The position numbers and the translations under genes were made by a program. From assembly GCF_000027125.1 (NCBI RefSeq), contig NC_017626.1: a DNA stretch of 64,000 bases. One strand, given 5' to 3'. Source of the DNA: Escherichia coli 042 (GTDB taxonomy: Bacteria > Pseudomonadota > Gammaproteobacteria > Enterobacterales > Enterobacteriaceae). The number at the start of each line of letters is the position of its first letter. Within the stretch, counting starts at the first letter, position 1. Of this stretch, positions 1 through 16,690 are shown piece after piece. The notes below the pieces were generated by a model. That model saw only the letters and a program-made list of their open reading frames with translations, ran no database searches and was not told the origin of the DNA.

Positions 1-187
1 TACCGGAAGGTGTCCGGCTGGCATTTTGTAGCTCAGGGCAAATGCGATGAAAGACTTTTATTGGCAGCAGTTGATCCACCACGCGGACAAACTCGGTGAT
101 GCACAGATCGTAGTCGTTAACTTCGGTCAGCAATTCACGCACCAGAGAGTCGAGTACACCCTCCATCGGAGCCAGTAACACACGCAT
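1..187 (-). CDS. dusC: tRNA-dihydrouridine synthase C, N-terminal fragment (gene continues left of window)
   Basis: Reverse-strand translation from ATG (complement of 185..187) reads [28 protein letters not shown]..., matching DusC N-terminus from memory; lies upstream of yohJ as in K-12. Confidence 0.6.
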   Translation of the reverse strand, partial: MRVLLAPMEGVLDSLVRELLTEVNDYDLCITEFVRVVDQLLPIKVFHRICPELQNASRTPSG

Positions 188-389
188 ATCATCACCCGCA
201 AAAAAATGAGGCGCTATGTTAGCGCCTATGGTCAACGGATTAAAGGTCTGCAAAGAGGGATTGCTGCAAACTGCATTCCCTCTCTATGCTTGATGTATGC
301 CTGAGTTCGCTGCTCATTGCGTAATGCCCGGGAGCGAAAAAATAAGCGCTGATTTCTTAATGTGATCGGTAGCACGTTTTACGAATTAA

Positions 390-1516
<1,127 letters not shown>

Positions 1517-1645
1517 AATTTGCGATGCGTCGCGCATTTTTGATGTAAGTTTCACGCGTTGCATAATTAATGAGATTCAGATCACATATAAAGCCATAAC
1601 GGGTTCGTAAACTGTTATCCCATTACATGATTATGAGGCAACGCC

Positions 1646-3641
<1,996 letters not shown>

Positions 3642-3834
3642 TATTTTCTCTTTTCTGTTAATTATTGAGAATAATTATTACTTCACTCAATAAGCTGCGG
3701 ATATAACATTCTGAACCGCAGCTATTTGTGAATCCTTTCACAGTTTAAATTTCCCCACGCGCATAGCCTTAATATCAGCACGCAATATTTATTTAGCGTT
3801 CGCCTTAATTACTCATAGCATTAAGGAAGATCAC

Positions 3835-5073
3835 ATGCCGCAACAAAATTATCTGGATGAACTCACTCCGGCTTTTACGCCTTTACTGGCGATTAAAGAA
3901 GCCTCTCGCTGCTTATTATGTCATGACGCTCCCTGTAGTCAGGCTTGCCCGGCACAGACCGATCCGGGGAAATTTATTCGCTCAATCTACTTTCGTAATT
4001 TTAAAGGCGCTGCCGAGACAATTCGTGAAAATAATGCCCTCGGTGCCGTTTGTGCCAGAGTGTGCCCGACGGAGAAATTATGCCAAAGCGGTTGTACCCG
4101 TGCCGGTGTTGATACTCCCATTGATATCGGTCGCTTACAGCGTTTTGTTACTGATTTTGAACAACAAACTGGGATGGAAATTTATCAACCCGGTACTAAA
4201 ACGCTCGGCAAAGTCGCCATTATTGGCGCGGGTCCTGCCGGATTGCAGGCCAGTGTGACACTGACAAACCAGGGTTATGACGTCACGATCTATGAGAAAG
4301 AAGCACAAGCCGGTGGCTGGTTGCGTAACGGCATTCCGCAATTCCGGTTACCGCAATCAGTACTGGATGCAGAAATCGCCCGTATTGAAAAAATGGGCGT
4401 GACCATTAAGTGCAATAACGAAATCGGTAAAACACTCACCCTGGAGCAGCTGAAAGCGGAAAACCGCGCGGTACTGGTCACCGTGGGGTTATCTAGCGGT
4501 TCCGGGCTACCACTGTTTGAGCATAGCGACGTTGAGATTGCCGTCGACTTCTTGCAACGTGCACGACAGGCGCAAGGCGATATCAGCATTCCACAAAGCG
4601 CATTAATTATCGGCGGCGGTGATGTCGCGATGGACGTAGCCAGCACGCTGAAAGTTCTCGGCTGTCAGGCAGTAACTTGCGTAGCGCGTGAAGAGTTAGA
4701 TGAGTTTCCGGCAAGCGAAAAAGAGTTTGCCAGCGCCCGGGAGCTGGGCGTTTCGATCATTGATGGATTCACGCCAGTAGCCGTGGAAGGCAATAAAGTC
4801 ACGTTTAAGCATGTACGGTTACCGGGCGAACTGACGATGGCGGCAGATAAAATTATTCTCGCCGTCGGTCAGCATGCCAGACTGGATGCCTTTGCGGAGT
4901 TAGAGCCGCAGCGTAACACCATCAATACACAAAATTACCAGACCCGCGACCCGCAAGTCTTTGCTGCTGGCGATATTGTTGAGGGTGACAAAACCGTGGT
5001 CTATGCAGTGAAAACCGGGAAAGAAGCCGCCGGGGCGATTCATCATTATTTAGAGGGAGCTTGCTCATGTTAA
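3835..5073 (+). CDS. preT: NAD-dependent dihydropyrimidine dehydrogenase subunit PreT
   Basis: 412-aa ORF with N-terminal Cys-rich Fe-S motifs and GAGPAG dinucleotide-binding motif; overlaps preA start. Confidence 0.9.
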   Translation: MPQQNYLDELTPAFTPLLAIKEASRCLLCHDAPCSQACPAQTDPGKFIRSIYFRNFKGAAETIRENNALGAVCARVCPTEKLCQSGCTRAGVDTPIDIGRLQRFVTDFEQQTGMEIYQPGTKTLGKVAIIGAGPAGLQASVTLTNQGYDVTIYEKEAQAGGWLRNGIPQFRLPQSVLDAEIARIEKMGVTIKCNNEIGKTLTLEQLKAENRAVLVTVGLSSGSGLPLFEHSDVEIAVDFLQRARQAQGDISIPQSALIIGGGDVAMDVASTLKVLGCQAVTCVAREELDEFPASEKEFASARELGVSIIDGFTPVAVEGNKVTFKHVRLPGELTMAADKIILAVGQHARLDAFAELEPQRNTINTQNYQTRDPQVFAAGDIVEGDKTVVYAVKTGKEAAGAIHHYLEGACSC

Positions 5074-6302
5074 CGAAAGATCTTTCTATTACCTTTTGCG
5101 GCGTGAAGTTTCCCAACCCGTTCTGCCTCTCTTCTTCGCCGGTAGGCAACTGCTATGAGATGTGTGCCAAAGCCTACGACACAGGCTGGGGTGGCGTGGT
5201 GTTTAAAACGATCGGCTTTTTTATCGCCAACGAAGTCTCGCCGCGTTTTGATCATCTGGTGAAAGAAGATACCGGTTTTATCGGCTTCAAAAATATGGAG
5301 CAAATTGCTGAACATCCGTTGGAAGAGAATCTGGCCGCCCTGCGTCGGCTGAAAGAAGATTACCCAGACAAAGTATTGATCGCCTCGATCATGGGGGAAA
5401 ATGAGCAGCAGTGGGAAGATCTGGCGCGTATGGTGCAAGAAGCTGGCGCGGATATGATCGAGTGTAACTTCTCCTGTCCGCAAATGACTTCTCATGCGAT
5501 GGGTAGCGATGTCGGGCAAAGCCCGGAGCTGGTCGAATAATATTGTCGGGCAGTGAAACGCGGTTCTACGCTGCCGATGCTGGCGAAGATGACGCCGAAT
5601 ATCGGTGATATGTGCGAAGTGGCGCTGGCTGCGAAGCGCGGCGGCGCAGATGGCATTGCGGCGATTAACACCGTTAAATCCATCACCAATATCGATCTTA
5701 ATCAGAAAATTGGTATGCCGATCGTTAACGGTAAATCGAGTATTTCCGGATATTCCGGTAAAGCGGTAAAACCGATCGCCCTGCGCTTTATTCAGCAAAT
5801 GCGCACCCATCCAGAACTGCGCGATTTCCCGATCAGCGGTATCGGCGGCATTGAAACCTGGGAAGATGCGGCGGAGTTTTTATTGCTCGGCGCAGCAACG
5901 TTACAGGTGACCACCGGCATTATGCAGTACGGCTATCGGATAGTGGAAGATATGGCGAGCGGGTTGTCACATTATCTTGCCGATCAGGGGTTTGATTCGT
6001 TGCAGGAAATGGTAGGTCTGGCGAATCACAATATTGTTCCGGCGGAAGATTTAGACCGCAGTTATATTGTCTATCCCCATATCAATCTTGATAAATGTGT
6101 TGGCTGTGGACGCTGTTATATTTCCTGTTACGACGGCGGTCACCAGGCGATGGAATGGAGCGAGAAAACCCGTACACCGCATTGTAATACCGAGAAATGT
6201 GTTGGTTGCCTGCTTTGTGGTCACGTCTGCCCGGTGGGTTGTATTGATCTCGGAGAAGTGAAGTTTAAGAAGGGAGAGAAAGAACACCCGGTAACGTTGT
6301 AA
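5067..6302 (+). pseudogene. preA: dihydropyrimidine dehydrogenase subunit PreA, reading frame interrupted by in-frame TAA at 5538..5540
   Basis: ORFs 5061..5540 and 5553..6302 are in the same frame and together read ...[22 protein letters not shown]...; C-terminal part has CxxCxxCxxxCP ferredoxin motifs. Confidence 0.8.
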
Positions 6303-6306
6303 AACC

Positions 6307-6356
6307 AGCGACGCATCCGGCATTTGGCACCGATTGCCGGATGCGACGCATCCGGC
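6307..6356. repeat. REP-like palindromic elements (GCCGGATGCG type)
   Basis: Inverted copies of CGCATCCGGC / GCCGGATGCGACGCATCCGGC between preA and mglC. Confidence 0.55.
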
Positions 6357-6372
6357 AATACCCACAATCACA

Positions 6373-7383
6373 TCACTTCTTACGCGCGTATTTCAGTGAA
6401 TCCAGCGCTACGGCGAAGATAATAATCGCCCCTTTGATGATGTACTGCCAGTATGGGTTTACGCCGATGTACGTCAGGCCATAGTTGATGACGGTAAAAA
6501 TAATCACCCCGGTCACCACACCAATCACCGTCCCTACACCACCGCTGAACGATACACCGCCCACCACACACGCCGCGATAGCATCCAGCTCATACATAAA
6601 GCCGAGGTTGTTGGTGGCAGAGCCGATACGTCCGGCTTCTAACATCCCGCCAAAGGCATAGAACACACCAGACAACGCGTAGATCATCAGCAGATTCAGG
6701 CCGACGTTGACACCAGATACTTTTGCCGCTTCCGGGTTACCGCCAATGGCAAAAATGTTCTTACCGAAGCGGGTTTTGTTCCACAACACCCAGACGAACG
6801 CCACCGCAATCAACGCGTAGAAGGTGATGTAAGAGAGACGGAAACTCCCCAGCGCGACAAAGCCCTGAGCAAAGGTAGAGAAGCCACTGTCAAAACCAGA
6901 AATTGGCGACGCCCCGACAAAGTCGTAATAGAGCGAGTTGATGCCATAGACGATGATCATCGTGCCGAGCGTGGTAATGAAAGGCGTCACGTTGAGATAA
7001 GCGATAATCAGGCCGTTAATCAAACCGATCACCGCACCAATGGCACAGACAATCAGAATAACCAGCGCAATCGGCATCGTCGCCATTTCCGGGAACACTT
7101 TGTTGGCGTTATCCATGGACTGCAATAATGTCGCTGCCACCACTGCCGCCAGCCCTACTTGACGCCCCGCAGAAAGGTCGGTCCCCTGGGTGACAATTAA
7201 CCCTGCCACACCAAGCGCGATAATAATACGCACCGATGACTGGGTGAGAATATTACTTAAGTTCAACAGACTTAAAAATGTAGGATCCTGGAAAATAATA
7301 ATTGCCAGCAAAACTAAAAGAACGACGTAAATACCGCCCTCTTTCAGGTAAGTAAGAAAACTTTTCTTATTTAACGCACTCAT
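6373..7383 (-). CDS. mglC: galactose/methyl-galactoside ABC transporter permease
   Basis: 336-aa polytopic membrane ORF; synteny with mglA and mglB. Confidence 0.9.
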   Translation of the reverse strand: MSALNKKSFLTYLKEGGIYVVLLVLLAIIIFQDPTFLSLLNLSNILTQSSVRIIIALGVAGLIVTQGTDLSAGRQVGLAAVVAATLLQSMDNANKVFPEMATMPIALVILIVCAIGAVIGLINGLIIAYLNVTPFITTLGTMIIVYGINSLYYDFVGASPISGFDSGFSTFAQGFVALGSFRLSYITFYALIAVAFVWVLWNKTRFGKNIFAIGGNPEAAKVSGVNVGLNLLMIYALSGVFYAFGGMLEAGRIGSATNNLGFMYELDAIAACVVGGVSFSGGVGTVIGVVTGVIIFTVINYGLTYIGVNPYWQYIIKGAIIIFAVALDSLKYARKK

Positions 7384-7398
7384 GGGAAGCCCCTAATC

Positions 7399-8919
7399 TT
7401 AAAGGTGCAAAGACGCAAGACGCAGAATTTCGTTTTGCGTTGTTGTTTTTGTATCGACAATTCCGGAAACGAGACCATTGCTCATGACCAGAATACGGTC
7501 TGTTATCCCTAACAACTCAGGCATTTCAGAGGAGATAATAATAATCCCTTTGCCTTTCTTCGCCAGTTCGGCAATTAACTGATAGATCTCAAACTTCGCT
7601 CCGACATCAATACCGCGCGTCGGTTCATCGAGCATTAATATTTCTGGTTGCGTTAGTAGCCAGCGACCAATAATCACCTTTTGCTGATTACCGCCGGAGA
7701 GCGAACCAATTTGCGTCCGATGCCCCGGTGTTTTTACCCGCATCGAATCAATCACCCACTGGGTATCGCTTTTCATCCGCGAGTTATCCAGTAAACCAAC
7801 TTTATTTTTGTAGTTGCGAATATTGGAAATTAACGAGTTAAAACCGATATCCAGATAGGCATAAATTCCCGTTGAGCGGCGCTCTTCAGTTACCAGTGCA
7901 AATCCGTGGTTTATGGCTTCGTTGGCATTATGGTTATTGATCTTTTTGCCGTGCAACGTAATGGTGCCAGCCGATTTCTCGCGAATACCAAATAACGTCT
8001 CAACAATATCGGTACGTTTCGCCCCCACCAGACCGGCAATACCGAGGATCTCCCCTTTATGCAGATCAAACGAGACATCGCGAATCGACGGCTGGCGCAG
8101 CGACGTCAGGTTACGCACTTCAAGAATCACTTCGCCCGGCTTGTTTTCTTTGTCAGGGAAACGCTGGTTAAGAGAACGCCCAACCATCATGGCGATGATC
8201 TTGTCCATCGTCAGTCCTGCCAGCGGTTCAGTGGCGATCCACTGACCGTCGCGCAATACGGTAACTTCATCACATAACTGGAAGATTTCTTCCATTTTAT
8301 GTGAGATATAAACAATACCGCAGCCGCGCTCTTTTAATTTACGAATAATAGTGAACAGATGATTGACCTCTTTTTCGGTTAACGAAGAAGTCGGTTCATC
8401 CATAATCACAATTTTCGCGTTATAGGAAAACGCTTTGGCGATTTCGATCATCTGCATTTGCGAAACGGATAATGTGCCGACGCGCGCACGCGGATCGATA
8501 TCAATATCCAGTTCATCAAAAATCGCTTTGGTTTCGCGGTACATTTTGTCCTGATCGACAAACATGCCTTTGGTGGGATATCGCCCCAGCCACATGTTAT
8601 CCATCACCGAACGTTGTAATACCAGGTTTAACTCCTGGTGTACCATCGAAATACCATTTTCCAGCGCTTCTTTGGCAGAATGGAAATCGATCTCTTTACC
8701 CTGGAATAAAATGGTGCCGGAGTCTTTTTGATAAATACCAAACAGGCATTTTAATAATGTTGATTTTCCTGCGCCGTTTTCCCCCATTAATGCATGGATA
8801 GAATGTGGCCGGACTTTTAAATTAACGTTATCAAGTGCCTTAACACCAGGAAAAGACTTGTTGATACCGCTCATTTCCAACAAGTATTCACCTGATGACG
8901 GAGTCGTTGAGCTGACCAT
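7399..8919 (-). CDS. mglA: galactose/methyl-galactoside ABC transporter ATP-binding protein (duplicated ABC domains)
   Basis: 506-aa ORF with two Walker A motifs (GENGAGKST; second degenerate) and LSGG signatures. Confidence 0.9.
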   Translation of the reverse strand: MVSSTTPSSGEYLLEMSGINKSFPGVKALDNVNLKVRPHSIHALMGENGAGKSTLLKCLFGIYQKDSGTILFQGKEIDFHSAKEALENGISMVHQELNLVLQRSVMDNMWLGRYPTKGMFVDQDKMYRETKAIFDELDIDIDPRARVGTLSVSQMQMIEIAKAFSYNAKIVIMDEPTSSLTEKEVNHLFTIIRKLKERGCGIVYISHKMEEIFQLCDEVTVLRDGQWIATEPLAGLTMDKIIAMMVGRSLNQRFPDKENKPGEVILEVRNLTSLRQPSIRDVSFDLHKGEILGIAGLVGAKRTDIVETLFGIREKSAGTITLHGKKINNHNANEAINHGFALVTEERRSTGIYAYLDIGFNSLISNIRNYKNKVGLLDNSRMKSDTQWVIDSMRVKTPGHRTQIGSLSGGNQQKVIIGRWLLTQPEILMLDEPTRGIDVGAKFEIYQLIAELAKKGKGIIIISSEMPELLGITDRILVMSNGLVSGIVDTKTTTQNEILRLASLHL

Positions 8920-8979
8920 ATAATTTTACCTTGTTGGTCATACAATAAGGGCGCAATAAACTATTGCGCCCGTTCAGTC

Positions 8980-9978
8980 TTATTTCTTGCTGAATTCAGC
9001 CAGGTTATCTTTGTCTACGCCAACATAAGGTACGCGGACCACTTTGTTGTCGATTTTCCAGTTGGTGCCATCAGCCGCACCTTTGCCATCGGCCAGGTTT
9101 TTCGCCAGATCAAAGGTCGCTTTAGCCTGGTTGTTAGCATCGTTCAGTACGGTGCCCGCCAGTGCACCGGATTTCACCAGCGCCAGCGCTTCTGGCAGCG
9201 CATCGACGCCAAACACCGGAATGCTGGACTTGTTGTGTGCTTTCAGAGCTTCTACCGCGCCCATTGCCATCGCGTCGTTGTTGGCGATAACCACCTCGAT
9301 TTTGTTGGCGTTCGGGCCAGACAGCCAGGCGTCCATCTTATCTTTCGCCTGAGCGGTATCCCACATAGCGGTATCTAACTGTAACTGTTCAGTTTTAATG
9401 CCTTTGTCGTTCAATTCTTTAATCACGTAAGTGGTACGTGCTTCTGCATCCGGATGCCCCGGCTCACCTTTCAGCAGTACGAATTGAATCTGACCGTCTT
9501 TGTTCAGATCCCAACCCTGATTCGCCGCCCAGTGTTTAGCAATCAAATCGCCCTGAATAATGCCGGACTCTTTGGAGTCAGTGCCAACGTAGTAGGCTTT
9601 GTCGTAGCTATCCAGCGCCTTACGAGACGGTTCTTTGTTGAAGAAAACCACCGGCACGTTTTGCCCACGCGCTTTCTCAATCACCGTACCCGCAGCTGCC
9701 GGGTCAACCAGGTTGATTGCCAGTGCCTTCACCCCTTTCGCCAGCAATACGTCGATCTGATCGTTCTGCTTGGACTGGTCATTCTGAGAATCATTCATCA
9801 GCAGCTGAACATCTGGCGCGGCTTTCGCATCTTGCTCAATAGCCTTGCGCACTACAGACATAAAGTTATCGTCGTACTTATAGATTGTTACACCAATGCG
9901 AGTATCAGCAGCGTGTGCAGCGGCACCGAATAACATGCTGGCCATCACAGCAGATAGGGTTAACACCTTCTTATTCAT
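8980..9978 (-). CDS. mglB: D-galactose/D-glucose periplasmic binding protein
   Basis: 332-aa ORF with signal peptide [23 protein letters not shown]. Confidence 0.9.
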   Translation of the reverse strand: MNKKVLTLSAVMASMLFGAAAHAADTRIGVTIYKYDDNFMSVVRKAIEQDAKAAPDVQLLMNDSQNDQSKQNDQIDVLLAKGVKALAINLVDPAAAGTVIEKARGQNVPVVFFNKEPSRKALDSYDKAYYVGTDSKESGIIQGDLIAKHWAANQGWDLNKDGQIQFVLLKGEPGHPDAEARTTYVIKELNDKGIKTEQLQLDTAMWDTAQAKDKMDAWLSGPNANKIEVVIANNDAMAMGAVEALKAHNKSSIPVFGVDALPEALALVKSGALAGTVLNDANNQAKATFDLAKNLADGKGAADGTNWKIDNKVVRVPYVGVDKDNLAEFSKK

Positions 9979-10229
9979 GGTATCTCCGGTTTTTCTTATG
10001 CAGGGTAGTGCTTGAGATAAATGCTCGGCGGGGCAGTAGAGTTAATGAAGTGTTACTGAACGCCGAAGCTCACTTTTTAAAATTCGTTCTTCCATGCCCG
10101 GTAACGCTCCAGAAAACGGCTTTAATTGTTGTTATGACGCTATTACCTCGGTGAAAGTGATTATTCACTGTTACATACGGGTTACAACGTTAAAACGGTG
10201 CAATCATAGCTATCACATTGTTAAGATAC

Positions 10230-10245
10230 TGTGAAATCACTCACA
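10230..10245. promoter_or_regulatory. CRP-binding site candidate in the mgl control region
   Basis: TGTGAaatcacTCACA matches TGTGA-N6-TCACA exactly; upstream of mglB. Confidence 0.55.
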
Positions 10246-10257
10246 GATTGAAAGCGG

Positions 10258-11298
10258 TTACATCGCCTGATTTGTTGAGTTAGTGATCGCCGCCGCATTC
10301 TGGCGCGTTGCGACAGAATGGCGACGCACTAACGTCGGCATAAAACAGTGGCTGGCTCGCGGATCAATATTGCCTGCTGCCCCCTGCAAGGCCAGTTCGG
10401 TGGCTAATTTCGCCATTGAAGCAATGGGATAACGCACAGTCGTTAATTGCGGGTCGGTGTAACGGGCGATGGGAATATCATCGAAACCGATGATTGAGAG
10501 ATGTAACGGAATCGCAATGCCATTATCTTTTAATGCTGTCAGTGCGCCAGCGGCCATATTGTCGTTATAAGCAAATACAGCGGTAAGTTGTAGATTGCGC
10601 CCCAGCAGTTCAACCATCGCCGCCTCACCACCCGGCATGTCCGGCGTGCCAGTGCCAATCCAGCTTTCCGGCGGAATAATATCCTGCTCTTTCAACGCAC
10701 TCATCCAGCCTGCTTTACGCATGGCGTCATCTTCAATGCCGTGACTGGAAGAAAGATAACCAATACGTTGATGACCGTTATTCAGCAACATGCGCGTCGC
10801 CATTCGGGCACCGCTGAGATTATCCAGGCAAACGCAACGATGGGCGTACCCCGGCACAACGCGGTTGATTAACACCATACCGGGAATGTTATCCATAAAT
10901 TGTGCCAGTTCATCGTCACTCAATGCTTTTGAGTGAACAATCAATGCATTACAACGCTGGCGAATTAACACCTCAATGGCGTGACGCTCTTTTTCCGCTT
11001 CATGATAGCTATTGCCTATTAGCACGTATTTCTGATGCTGCTGGGCGACCAGATCCACCGCTTTTACCAGCGCGCCGAAAAACGCATCAGAAACGTCCAT
11101 CACCACCACGCCAATGGTATCGCTAACCTGAGTTGCCAGCGCCTGGGCATTGGCATTTGGTCGATAATCCAGCTCACTAACGGCTTTCATTACTGCTTCA
11201 CGCGTGTCGGCACTGACCAGCGTGCTGTTATTGAGCACTCGGGAAACCGTTGCCACAGAGACGCCAGCCTGACGCGCTACATCACGAATGGTGATCAT
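10258..11298 (-). CDS. galS: LacI-family repressor (mgl/galactose isorepressor)
   Basis: N-terminal [27 protein letters not shown] plus periplasmic-binding-fold domain. Confidence 0.85.
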   Translation of the reverse strand: MITIRDVARQAGVSVATVSRVLNNSTLVSADTREAVMKAVSELDYRPNANAQALATQVSDTIGVVVMDVSDAFFGALVKAVDLVAQQHQKYVLIGNSYHEAEKERHAIEVLIRQRCNALIVHSKALSDDELAQFMDNIPGMVLINRVVPGYAHRCVCLDNLSGARMATRMLLNNGHQRIGYLSSSHGIEDDAMRKAGWMSALKEQDIIPPESWIGTGTPDMPGGEAAMVELLGRNLQLTAVFAYNDNMAAGALTALKDNGIAIPLHLSIIGFDDIPIARYTDPQLTTVRYPIASMAKLATELALQGAAGNIDPRASHCFMPTLVRRHSVATRQNAAAITNSTNQAM

Positions 11299-11439
11299 AT
11301 TCACTACCTGTTATGAGATTGCAGTAAATGACTGCTTGCTGGCGGCTATTTTGTCAGCACTGAATACAGGACTTCGTGAATCGAGTCACAGCAATGGAAA
11401 CGGTTACAGCCGTTTTGTTAACGAATGTGATCCAGATCG

Positions 11440-12597
11440 TTATCTTGATGTTTTAGATATTGCTGGTCCGGCAGCACGCAAAGTTAACTGACGCCAGAGC
11501 CATTCCACCGGCCCCTGGCGGAAGTAACGCAGCCAGATAACAGAGAAGAGAATATTCGCCAGCCATACCGGAATAACAAACGCCAGCAATTCCAGACGGT
11601 CAAACTGCATAAACAAACCGAGGTGATAAAAAAGCGTGGTACAAATCAGCGTTTGCAATAGATAGTTGGTCAGCGCCATCCGTCCGACGCAGGCGATCGC
11701 AAGCACCAGCTTAAAGCGGCTCAATTGCGGCCAGAAGCCATAAAACAGCGACGCATAGCCAATCGCCTGAAACGGCGCACTCAGTTCCCGCGGCATTTGA
11801 AGTAAGAATGCACACCAGCGATACGCCCAGTCCAGTCGCCATTGCAGGGCGATGGCAGGAAGGTTAATGATCACCCCAATCGCCACCAGCACAAAACCAG
11901 TACGACGATAGTGACGTAAGCTGAACTGCCCTTTCAGCCAGCCGCTGCGCATCAGCGCCGCACCAATGAGCATCATCCCTGCCAGTTGCCAGCCATACTG
12001 TGCGCCCAGTGCCAGTAAACTGTTGCCAACACCGTCGGCACGATTACTGATCGCTTCAACGCCGCCGTGAAGCTTCCAGTATTTTTCATACAAAATAGCC
12101 GATGCATCCGGCGTCCAGGCGCGGCTGGTCTGGCTGTCGGAAATCAGCCCCAATAACATCAAAACGCCAAGCCCCACCAGATAAAGCATGACGCCTGTAT
12201 TAAACAGGCTTTTTACCGATGGCGCATCGCGCACCAGCCGCCAGCAGATTAAGCCCACCAGCCCGTAAGCCAGCAGAATATCGCCGTCCCAGAACAATAA
12301 ACCGTGAATAAAGCCCAGCAAGACTAACAGCGTTAACCGCGACTGGATCCAGCGTCTGCCACGGGGCAGCAACATTTGCAGGCCAGCACCAAACAGCAGC
12401 GCAAAAAGCGTGAGGAATTTCACCTGGCCGATGAGATCGAGAAATGCCCAGGTCCATGCATCCTGCGGCGTAATAGCGCCGTACCAGGCGGGATTGAGAT
12501 AAGCCGCCTTTGGTAGCCCAAAGGCGCTGATGTTTAATAGCAGGATCCCCAGAATGGCGACGCCGCGAACAAAATCGAGCGTGACGTTGCGCTCCAT
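11440..12597 (-). CDS. yeiB: DUF418-family inner-membrane protein
   Basis: 385-aa polytopic membrane ORF; synteny. Confidence 0.75.
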   Translation of the reverse strand: MERNVTLDFVRGVAILGILLLNISAFGLPKAAYLNPAWYGAITPQDAWTWAFLDLIGQVKFLTLFALLFGAGLQMLLPRGRRWIQSRLTLLVLLGFIHGLLFWDGDILLAYGLVGLICWRLVRDAPSVKSLFNTGVMLYLVGLGVLMLLGLISDSQTSRAWTPDASAILYEKYWKLHGGVEAISNRADGVGNSLLALGAQYGWQLAGMMLIGAALMRSGWLKGQFSLRHYRRTGFVLVAIGVIINLPAIALQWRLDWAYRWCAFLLQMPRELSAPFQAIGYASLFYGFWPQLSRFKLVLAIACVGRMALTNYLLQTLICTTLFYHLGLFMQFDRLELLAFVIPVWLANILFSVIWLRYFRQGPVEWLWRQLTLRAAGPAISKTSR

Positions 12598-12613
12598 GGT
12601 TCCTGCCTTTTAA

Positions 12614-13282
12614 TCAGTTGTGATGACGCACAGCGCGCAGAAATTCGTGGCGCGTATTCTGACTGGATTTGAACAATCCACCAAGAGAGGTCGTTGTTGT
12701 GGCACTGGTTGCGTCGCGGATGCCACGCGCTTTCACGCAGTAATGCACCGCGTCGATAGAGACAGCCACGTTATTGGTGCCCAGCAGCGTTTGTAGCGCA
12801 ATGAGAATTTGCTGGGTCAGACGTTCCTGCACCTGCGGACGCTGGGCAAAGAACTGCACAATACGGTTAATTTTTGACAGACCGATCACCGAATCTTTCG
12901 GGATATAAGCCACCGTCGCTTTGCCATCGATGGTAACAAAATGGTGTTCACAGGTGCTGGTCAGGGTGATATCGCGCACGGTGACCATTTCATCGACCTT
13001 CATTTTGTTTTCAATGAGGGTGATTTTCGGGAAATTGACGTAATCCAGACCGGAGAAAATTTCATCGACATACATTTTAGCGATGCGATGCGGCGTTTCC
13101 ATCAAACTGTCATCAGCCAGGTCGAGATTCAGCAGCTGCATGATTTCGGTCATATGACCAGCAATAAGGCTTTTGCGCGTTTCGTTATCCATTTCATGCA
13201 CGGGCGGGCGCAGCGGTGTTTCCAGTCCTCGCGCAACTAACGCTTCATGAACCAGGGCCGCTTCTTTACTGAGTGATGGCAT
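12614..13282 (-). CDS. folE: GTP cyclohydrolase I
   Basis: 222-aa [18 protein letters not shown]... with CEHH motif. Confidence 0.9.
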   Translation of the reverse strand: MPSLSKEAALVHEALVARGLETPLRPPVHEMDNETRKSLIAGHMTEIMQLLNLDLADDSLMETPHRIAKMYVDEIFSGLDYVNFPKITLIENKMKVDEMVTVRDITLTSTCEHHFVTIDGKATVAYIPKDSVIGLSKINRIVQFFAQRPQVQERLTQQILIALQTLLGTNNVAVSIDAVHYCVKARGIRDATSATTTTSLGGLFKSSQNTRHEFLRAVRHHN

Positions 13283-13506
13283 TTATGATTTCTCCTGCAG
13301 GTGTGACGCCTCCGCCCTGCGTGGGGGCAAAGTTATTAAGCTGATTTACAGCCTGATTATTGTGCGTGAGGCGGCGCACATAATCCAGTATTCACAGCGA
13401 TAATTATTGTAATTGCCGCTGCCTTTCATCAGCAGATGTTAAAACATCGTTATGCAAATACGGAAGTGAAAGTTACTCACAGCACATTGAATAAACGGTA
13501 TGATGA

Positions 13507-14376
<870 letters not shown>

Positions 14377-14407
14377 AAGTCCGCCCGGTTCGCCGGGCAT
14401 CTTCTCA

Positions 14408-16399
14408 TCAGAAGCGATAATCCACTGCCATAAAGTAACGACGTCCGTCTTCGTTATAGCTGTAGTCGTCACGACTGAGATCCTTGTCGCCAAGGTTCAG
14501 CACGCCTGCGCGCAGTTTGACGTCTTTAGTCACCTTCCAGGCCGCGCCGGTATTCCAGATGGTATAACCGCCCGGTGTTTTAGCCGTCGCGCTGTCGGCG
14601 CGTTTCTGCCCGGTATAGTGTCCGGAAACATAGAATGACCAGTCTTCCAGTGCCAGCGGTTTCCAGTCCAGCGTACCGTTAGCAGTATGGAACGGCAGAT
14701 CGGATAGCGGTTTGTTTTCGCCGTTGCTGACATCACGACCATCGTTGTAGGTGTAGTTGATCGACAGTTTCCATTCATCGTTGAACGGAATTTTCAGTTC
14801 GGTTTCCACGCCCTGAATACGAGCTTTGTTAACGTTGTAGTAGCTAAATACCGGTATGCGCCGTCCGTTAGCGCCCGTCTCAAAACCGACAAAGTTTTGG
14901 TAGCCCGGTGCAGCGTTGACGTCAGACGTACGGCTAATGCTGATACGATCTTTCACATCGTTACGGAAAACGGTCACGCTGGATTCAACCCCTTCCAGCC
15001 AGCCTTCTTCACCCATGTAGTAAAGCCCCAGCTCCCAACTTTCGCTGGTTTCAGGTTTCAGATCCGGGCTACCCACAATCTTACATGCGCCACGGCAGGA
15101 ATTGCTCGTCCAGTCAGGGCTAAGTTGCAACAGAGAAGGCGCTTTAAATGCCGTCGCCCAGCCCCCTTTCACCGTTACGGTGTCGGTGGCGTTATAAACC
15201 AGGTAGGCACGCGGACTCCAGTGTTCACCGTAGGTTTCATGATCGTCCATACGTACGCCGGTCGTCAGCGCCAGCGGCTCGAAGATCCGCCATTCATCTT
15301 CCACAAATAGCGCGTACTGGCTGGCAGACGTTTTGGAGCTGGTTCCCCCGGTCAGGTTCACCGCATCACTAAGTTTGTCGTGACGCCATTCACCGCCAAC
15401 CGTGAGAAACTGATTAATCGCCGTCAGCGGCAACGTGTATTTACCGTCGACCGTATTGCTTTCGGAAGTTATCGGGCTGCTGTTGCCAGGGTTTTTGTTC
15501 TCGACTTTCTCACCGTAGTATTTCAGTTCGCTGGTGCCGTAATCCCAACGCCCATTATGGCTGACGGAGTAGTTCTGGCGTTCCAGACGGTTTTTGTCCA
15601 GCGAGTCGGAATCACGATCCTGACGGTCGAAACCGTATCCGGCAGTAAAATCGTGATTTTGATTCGGTGTCCAGGCAAATTCGACATTGCCGTCGCGGCT
15701 GGAGAATCCTTCAATACGCGGCGTTTCTCCGGTATCGGTGGTCGTTGAGTTTTGCGGGTCATCCTTTTCACGTTTTGCCAGGCTGCCGTAAGCTTTCATT
15801 CCCAGCACACCATCAATTAATGGTCCACTGGTAAAGAACTGACCGTTATAGGTATCACCGCGATCGCGATGTTCCTGAATGGTGGTATCGACGGTAACGG
15901 TACCCGACCATTTCTGACCGATTTTTTTGGTGATGATATTCACTACACCGCCGAGCGCATCGGAGCCGTACAGCGACGACATCGGGCCACGAACCACTTC
16001 AATACGTTCGATGGAATCGACCGGGATCCAGTTCAGATCGAAATCATTGTGGCGGAAGACGGCATTGCGGGAGTTAACGCGTTTACCGTCGACGAGAATC
16101 AGGGTGTAGCTGCTGTCCAGACCACGAATACTAACGCCCTTACGGTTATCCCCTTCGTTCGTCAGTTGTACGCCAGGCACTTCTTTGAGGACATCCTTCA
16201 GATTCTGTACCGGTTTTCGCTGCAGGTCTTCCTGGGTAATGACGCTGATACTGGCAGGTGCATCTTTAAGGTTTTGTTCAACGGAAGATGCAGTGACAAC
16301 CATCGTTTCGCTATCATCATCGACCGCTAACACAGGCCATGCACAAGAAATAGCGGACAAACACAGCCCGACCCGTACGAAAGGGTTCAACCTAAACAT
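14408..16399 (-). CDS. cirA: TonB-dependent catecholate-siderophore / colicin I receptor
   Basis: 663-aa reading from [18 protein letters not shown]... signal peptide, TonB-box region, C-terminal aromatic residue; ORF track start is an upstream extension. Confidence 0.9.
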   Translation of the reverse strand: MFRLNPFVRVGLCLSAISCAWPVLAVDDDSETMVVTASSVEQNLKDAPASISVITQEDLQRKPVQNLKDVLKEVPGVQLTNEGDNRKGVSIRGLDSSYTLILVDGKRVNSRNAVFRHNDFDLNWIPVDSIERIEVVRGPMSSLYGSDALGGVVNIITKKIGQKWSGTVTVDTTIQEHRDRGDTYNGQFFTSGPLIDGVLGMKAYGSLAKREKDDPQNSTTTDTGETPRIEGFSSRDGNVEFAWTPNQNHDFTAGYGFDRQDRDSDSLDKNRLERQNYSVSHNGRWDYGTSELKYYGEKVENKNPGNSSPITSESNTVDGKYTLPLTAINQFLTVGGEWRHDKLSDAVNLTGGTSSKTSASQYALFVEDEWRIFEPLALTTGVRMDDHETYGEHWSPRAYLVYNATDTVTVKGGWATAFKAPSLLQLSPDWTSNSCRGACKIVGSPDLKPETSESWELGLYYMGEEGWLEGVESSVTVFRNDVKDRISISRTSDVNAAPGYQNFVGFETGANGRRIPVFSYYNVNKARIQGVETELKIPFNDEWKLSINYTYNDGRDVSNGENKPLSDLPFHTANGTLDWKPLALEDWSFYVSGHYTGQKRADSATAKTPGGYTIWNTGAAWKVTKDVKLRAGVLNLGDKDLSRDDYSYNEDGRRYFMAVDYRF

Positions 16400-16567
16400 T
16401 CCATATCTCCATGAGGTAACTACGAAAATAAAATGGGTATCGCTCACATCTTCTTTACGTCCCCTTGCGTACGGCAGCATCGCGGTGGACTTATTTGTAT
16501 GCAGGTGATCATCCCAGAAAGCCGGAACAGCCTCTGATTTGTCAGCCTTTTTTGATTGCGGCGTAAC

Positions 16568-16592
16568 GATAATGCAAACGATAACAATTATC
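16568..16592. promoter_or_regulatory. Fur box candidate in the cirA promoter
   Basis: GATAATGCAAACGATAACAATTATC resembles GATAATGATAATCATTATC; upstream of cirA. Confidence 0.5.
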
Positions 16593-16645
16593 AATCCAAA
16601 TGTTAAATTTTATATCCGCATGATTTGTCAGGGAAATGGAATTGA

Positions 16646-16672
16646 AAAAGCCCTCTCGGTTGAGAGGGCTTA
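16646..16672. terminator. intrinsic terminator hairpin between lysP and cirA promoter
   Basis: AAAAAGCCCTCTCggttgAGAGGGCTT palindromic stem flanked by A/T runs, immediately after lysP stop. Confidence 0.6.
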
Positions 16673-16690
16673 GCAAGGAAGGGAGGAAAC

